Part shown: positions 60,330 to 64,000 of the stretch, one piece after another
Layout of the letters: every line of letters starts with the position of its first letter
Position numbering within the stretch: position 1 is the first letter of the stretch
Source: Chrysemys picta bellii
Taxonomy: Eukaryota
Reading direction: 5' to 3'
Length of the DNA: 64,000 nt
Assembly: GCF_011386835.1 (NCBI RefSeq)
Contig: NC_088811.1
Span: 14,136,001-14,200,000 of the forward strand
Program-made: the position numbers and the translations under genes
Notes under the pieces: generated by a model
Told to the model about the DNA's origin: nothing
The model's input: the letters and a program-made list of their open reading frames with translations, nothing else
Databases searched by the model: none

Positions 60330-63300
60330 ATGAGCCCCTCACTAAGCAACTAAGAGGGTCTGTTTGGTGCCTTGCAAGACACTGTAAGGCTCTGTCCTTT
60401 GGAGCTCTGACCAGCCCTGCTGTCTGAAGTCTGACAGGTTCATCGCTCCCTAGTGGGTGGGGTGGAGCTCAGCTGAGCTAATCAGGGGGACTTGGTATAA
60501 AAAGTCACTTGCCAGGTGAACTTGAGAGCCATGATCAGAGGCAGCTAACAGAGTTTCGGGGGGAGATGAGAGAGGGAGGGTGAGGTTTTCCTTCCAGGCT
60601 CAGCGCTACGTGCAATTTCAGGATGGCCAGCGATGGTGACTTGCAACAGAGGTGCCATGTTTTCTTTACTGCCTGAAGCCAGAAGGGACTTCCGGTACAT
60701 GACGTGCAAGTTGGGGGCTGTGCTGGAGGAAAAGTTTCTTGGATTCAAGACACTACTCAGAATCAGAGGAGCTGAGGCATTCTGGACAGCCAGGCTCCAG
60801 GAAGCTGCGTACCAAGGAGACCTGGCAGTACCTGACCATCAGAGGCAAGAAATCACATCAGCATTCTTTACCAGTGGAGACAGATGAAGATGGGCAGGCT
60901 GTGGCCACCAGAGAGAAGAGGACCAGGAGGAATTCCACACAGCTAGAAGTTTCCAATTGATACCAGTTCCTCAATGTGGAAACTGTAGAAGATACCTCTC
61001 AAGATCCAGTTGGTCCGTGGGAATGGAGACATGTATGGGACACACCTCTGGATGGCAGCTCAGCTTGCCCACAAAGAAGGAAGACAGATGATCCTTGTTG
61101 GGGATTCAATACGCCTAAGAACTGAAAGAGCGTTCTGCAAGGAACAAGCAGACAACGGGACAGGACGCTGTCTTCCCAGAGCCAAGACACGGGACGTCAC
61201 TCTAAGACTGAATAGGCTTCTGAAGAGAACAGGTCAGGATCCGTTGGTGTTGGTTCATGTCGACAGTGCATCGAGGGATAGCTCACAGATAACATCACTC
61301 CAGAGGACTCGGAAGCACGCTGAAGCAGAAGAACGTCCAAGTGATCTTCTCTGAGATCCTTCCTGCCCCACAAGCAAAAGACGACCAAAGGCAGAAGATT
61401 CTGGAAGTGAACCGCTGGCTAGGTAAGTGGTGTAAGGGGGAGGGTTTTGGTTTTGTGGAACATGGATCCACCTTCTCTGGGGAGAGAGAGATGAATAATT
61501 TGGATGGCCTCCACCTCAATAGCAGGGGACCAAATCTCCTGGAGGACAGGCTGGCTAGAGTACTGTGGAGGGGGTTAAACTAATAACAAATGGGGAGGGT
61601 AAAAACAGTGAAGACATAGAACAGACTCAAGGTCTTGAGAACAAAATTAATCAAGGAACCAAAGGACGTGAAGAGAAGAAATTTTTAATTGCCTATAAAC
61701 CAATGCTAGCCTCCTAGGTAGCAAACAAGAGGAATTGGAATGGCTCATTTATGAGCATAAATTCAATCTAGTTAGTATTACTGCAACGTGTTGGGATGAT
61801 TCACGCAATTGGAATGTTAAAAATCAATGGTTATAACCTATTTAGGAAGGACTGAGTGGGCAAAAGGGGAGAGGAAGGAGAACTCTACATCCAAAAATGG
61901 CATCACCTTTTTCTGAGTCACTGATAACACAGAAGAAAATGATCTTGAACGCTTCTGGATCAGTGTCCTAGCAGATAAAGCACAAGACTGGGGTGTTAGT
62001 TGGAGTCTGCTGCAGACCACCAAATCGCATTAGGGAACAGGATTAAATGGCTCCTTACACACCTGTCTATAATGTGTAGGGGGAAAAGCTGCATGATCAT
62101 GGGTGACATAAAACTGAGTGATACATGCTGGAGGTCTAATGGTGCCAGTACTAAAACGTCCTTGGAATTTCTAAACATTATAGATGATCATTTCCTAGCT
62201 CAAAAAGTGCTGCAGCCAACCTGGGGGAATTCTATTTCTAGACCTAATCTTGACAGATGATAAGAACTGATCACAGAACTAAAAAATAATGGTAATGTAC
62301 AAACAGAAAAAAAGTCCAGACCAGTAATACATGTATTTGGTGTTTTAAAGGGGCCAATTTCACAAAGCTGAAAACAACCATGAGCCAAATGGGGGTGGAG
62401 GATGAATTTAATCAGAAAAATGTGACTGATAATTGGGAATTGTTTAAGAATGCTTTACTGGTTGCCCAAAAAGCCAAATTCAAACAATTGAGGAAGGAGG
62501 CGGTATTAGTTAAAAACAAACAAACAAAGCCAACCTGATTTAGAGGGGAAGTGAAGGCAGGGGGAAGAAAAGGGATGTTGATAGTAATGAATATAATTCA
62601 GAAGCTAGGAATTGTAGAAAATTGATAAGGGAACCAAAGGACTAGCAAACTAAAGGATAATCAGGAGGCGTTTTTTAAGTGTACGGGGAACAAAAAGAAT
62701 CCTAATCGTGGTATTGGTACATCACTAGATGGAAACGGAAGAATTATCAATAATAATGTAGAAAAGGTACCAGTGTAAATATTTCTGTCCTGTATTTGGG
62801 AAAAATCAGATGTAGTCATATCATATGATAACACTCTTAACACTCTTCCTCCCACTATATTAGTGGAATAGAATGTTGAACAGCTGCTACTAAAGTTAGA
62901 CATTTTTAAATCAGCAAGTCCACATAACTTGCACCCAAGGGTTTTAAAAGAGCTGTCTGAGGAGCATGCTGGACTGTTAATTTTGATTTTCAATAAGTCT
63001 CAACACAGGGAAGTTCCAAAAAACTGGAAGAAAGCGGATGTTGTGCCAATATTTTCAGAGTAAATGGGATGACCCGAGTAATTACAGGTCTGTAGTGGCT
63101 GATACAGGAGTTGATTAATCAAGAACTAAAGGAGAGTAATGCAAAAATGGTATCAAGTTACACAGGATCTATTTTCCATAAACCTGTGTTGATTGGCGTT
63201 AATTACAAGTTTGGTTGATCTAGGTAATACTGTTGATATAATAGACTTCTCAGGCATTTAACTTGGTACTGCACAACACTAATTAAAAAACTAGAATGAT

Positions 63301-64000
63301 ATAAAATGATCATGGTACACATTAGATAGTTAGCCAATTTGTAATCTGATAGGTCTCAAAATGGAACTGTGCATGGGGAATCATCACTGAGCAGGTATGT
63401 TTCTAGTGGAGTCCCGTAGGGACTGGTTCTTGGCCCCACGCTACTTAACATTTTTATCAGTGACCTGGGGGAAAAAAACATAAAATCATCCCTGATAAAG
63501 TCTGCAGATGGCACAAAAACTGGGGGGAGTGGTAAATAACAAAGAGGACAGGTCACTGAGTCAGAGCGGTCTGGATCACGCGGTAAACTGGGCGCAAGCA
63601 AATACGCGTTTTCATTAGGCTAAAAGTAAGTATATACATCTAGGGACAAAGAAAGGCAGCCTTGCTTGCAGGCTGGGGGACTCCGTGCTGAGAAGCAGAG
63701 ACTCTGAAAAAGATTTGGGGGTCGTGGTGGATAATCAACTGAACGTGAGCTCCCAGTATGGCAAAAAGGGCTATGATGATCCTTGGAAGCATAAACAGTG
63801 GAGTCTTGAGTAGGAGCAGAAAGATTATTTTCTGTCTGTATTTGGCACTGGTGCAAGTGCTGCTGGAATCCTGTGTCCAGTTCTAGTGTCCACAATTCAA
63901 GAAGGATGTTGACAAATTGGAGAGGGTTCAGAGAAGAGCCACAAGAACGATTAAAGGATAAGAAAGTTTGCCTTATGGTGAATCTATTTAGCTTAAAGAG
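60330..64000 (+). mobile_element. Long degenerate CR1 LINE retaining its 5' region, ORF1, endonuclease and RT remnants; runs off the window end
   Basis: ORF1 remnants: zinc-finger-like MVTCNRGAMF...TCKL, esterase motifs ILVGDS (~61090) and DGLHL (~61500). ORF2 remnants start ~61690 (tgcctataaaccaatgctag); RT motifs at ~63400-63520. Many stops and deletions. Confidence 0.88.

Overview
Vertebrate genomic DNA, almost certainly turtle: it carries two copies of the tortoise polIII/SINE plus CR1 LINEs, Penelope-type fragments, and hAT and PIF/Harbinger MITEs. The window holds the middle of KAZN (kazrin) on the + strand. Six coding exons (137, 171, 190, 131, 51 and 168 nt), all with GT-AG boundaries, splice into an uninterrupted 281-aa stretch from MKADRKRLK to EEDADW*. 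The last exon is composite: read-through gives the short kazrin-A end and a ~2.5 kb 3'UTR, while an internal donor at 53804 leads to the long SAM-domain isoform, whose next exon was not found here. The rest is intron rich in transposons. Best leads: (1) a candidate unannotated promoter and first coding exon at ~16.3-16.45 kb that would splice in frame to the first KAZN exon seen; (2) minimal hammerhead-ribozyme motifs in Penelope-type inserts, including a perfect 98-bp palindrome; (3) a nest of Harbinger MITEs that includes an inverted pair. No prokaryote-type system (CRISPR, operon) is present. Repeat family names and exon numbers come from recalled consensus sequences, not from a database search.
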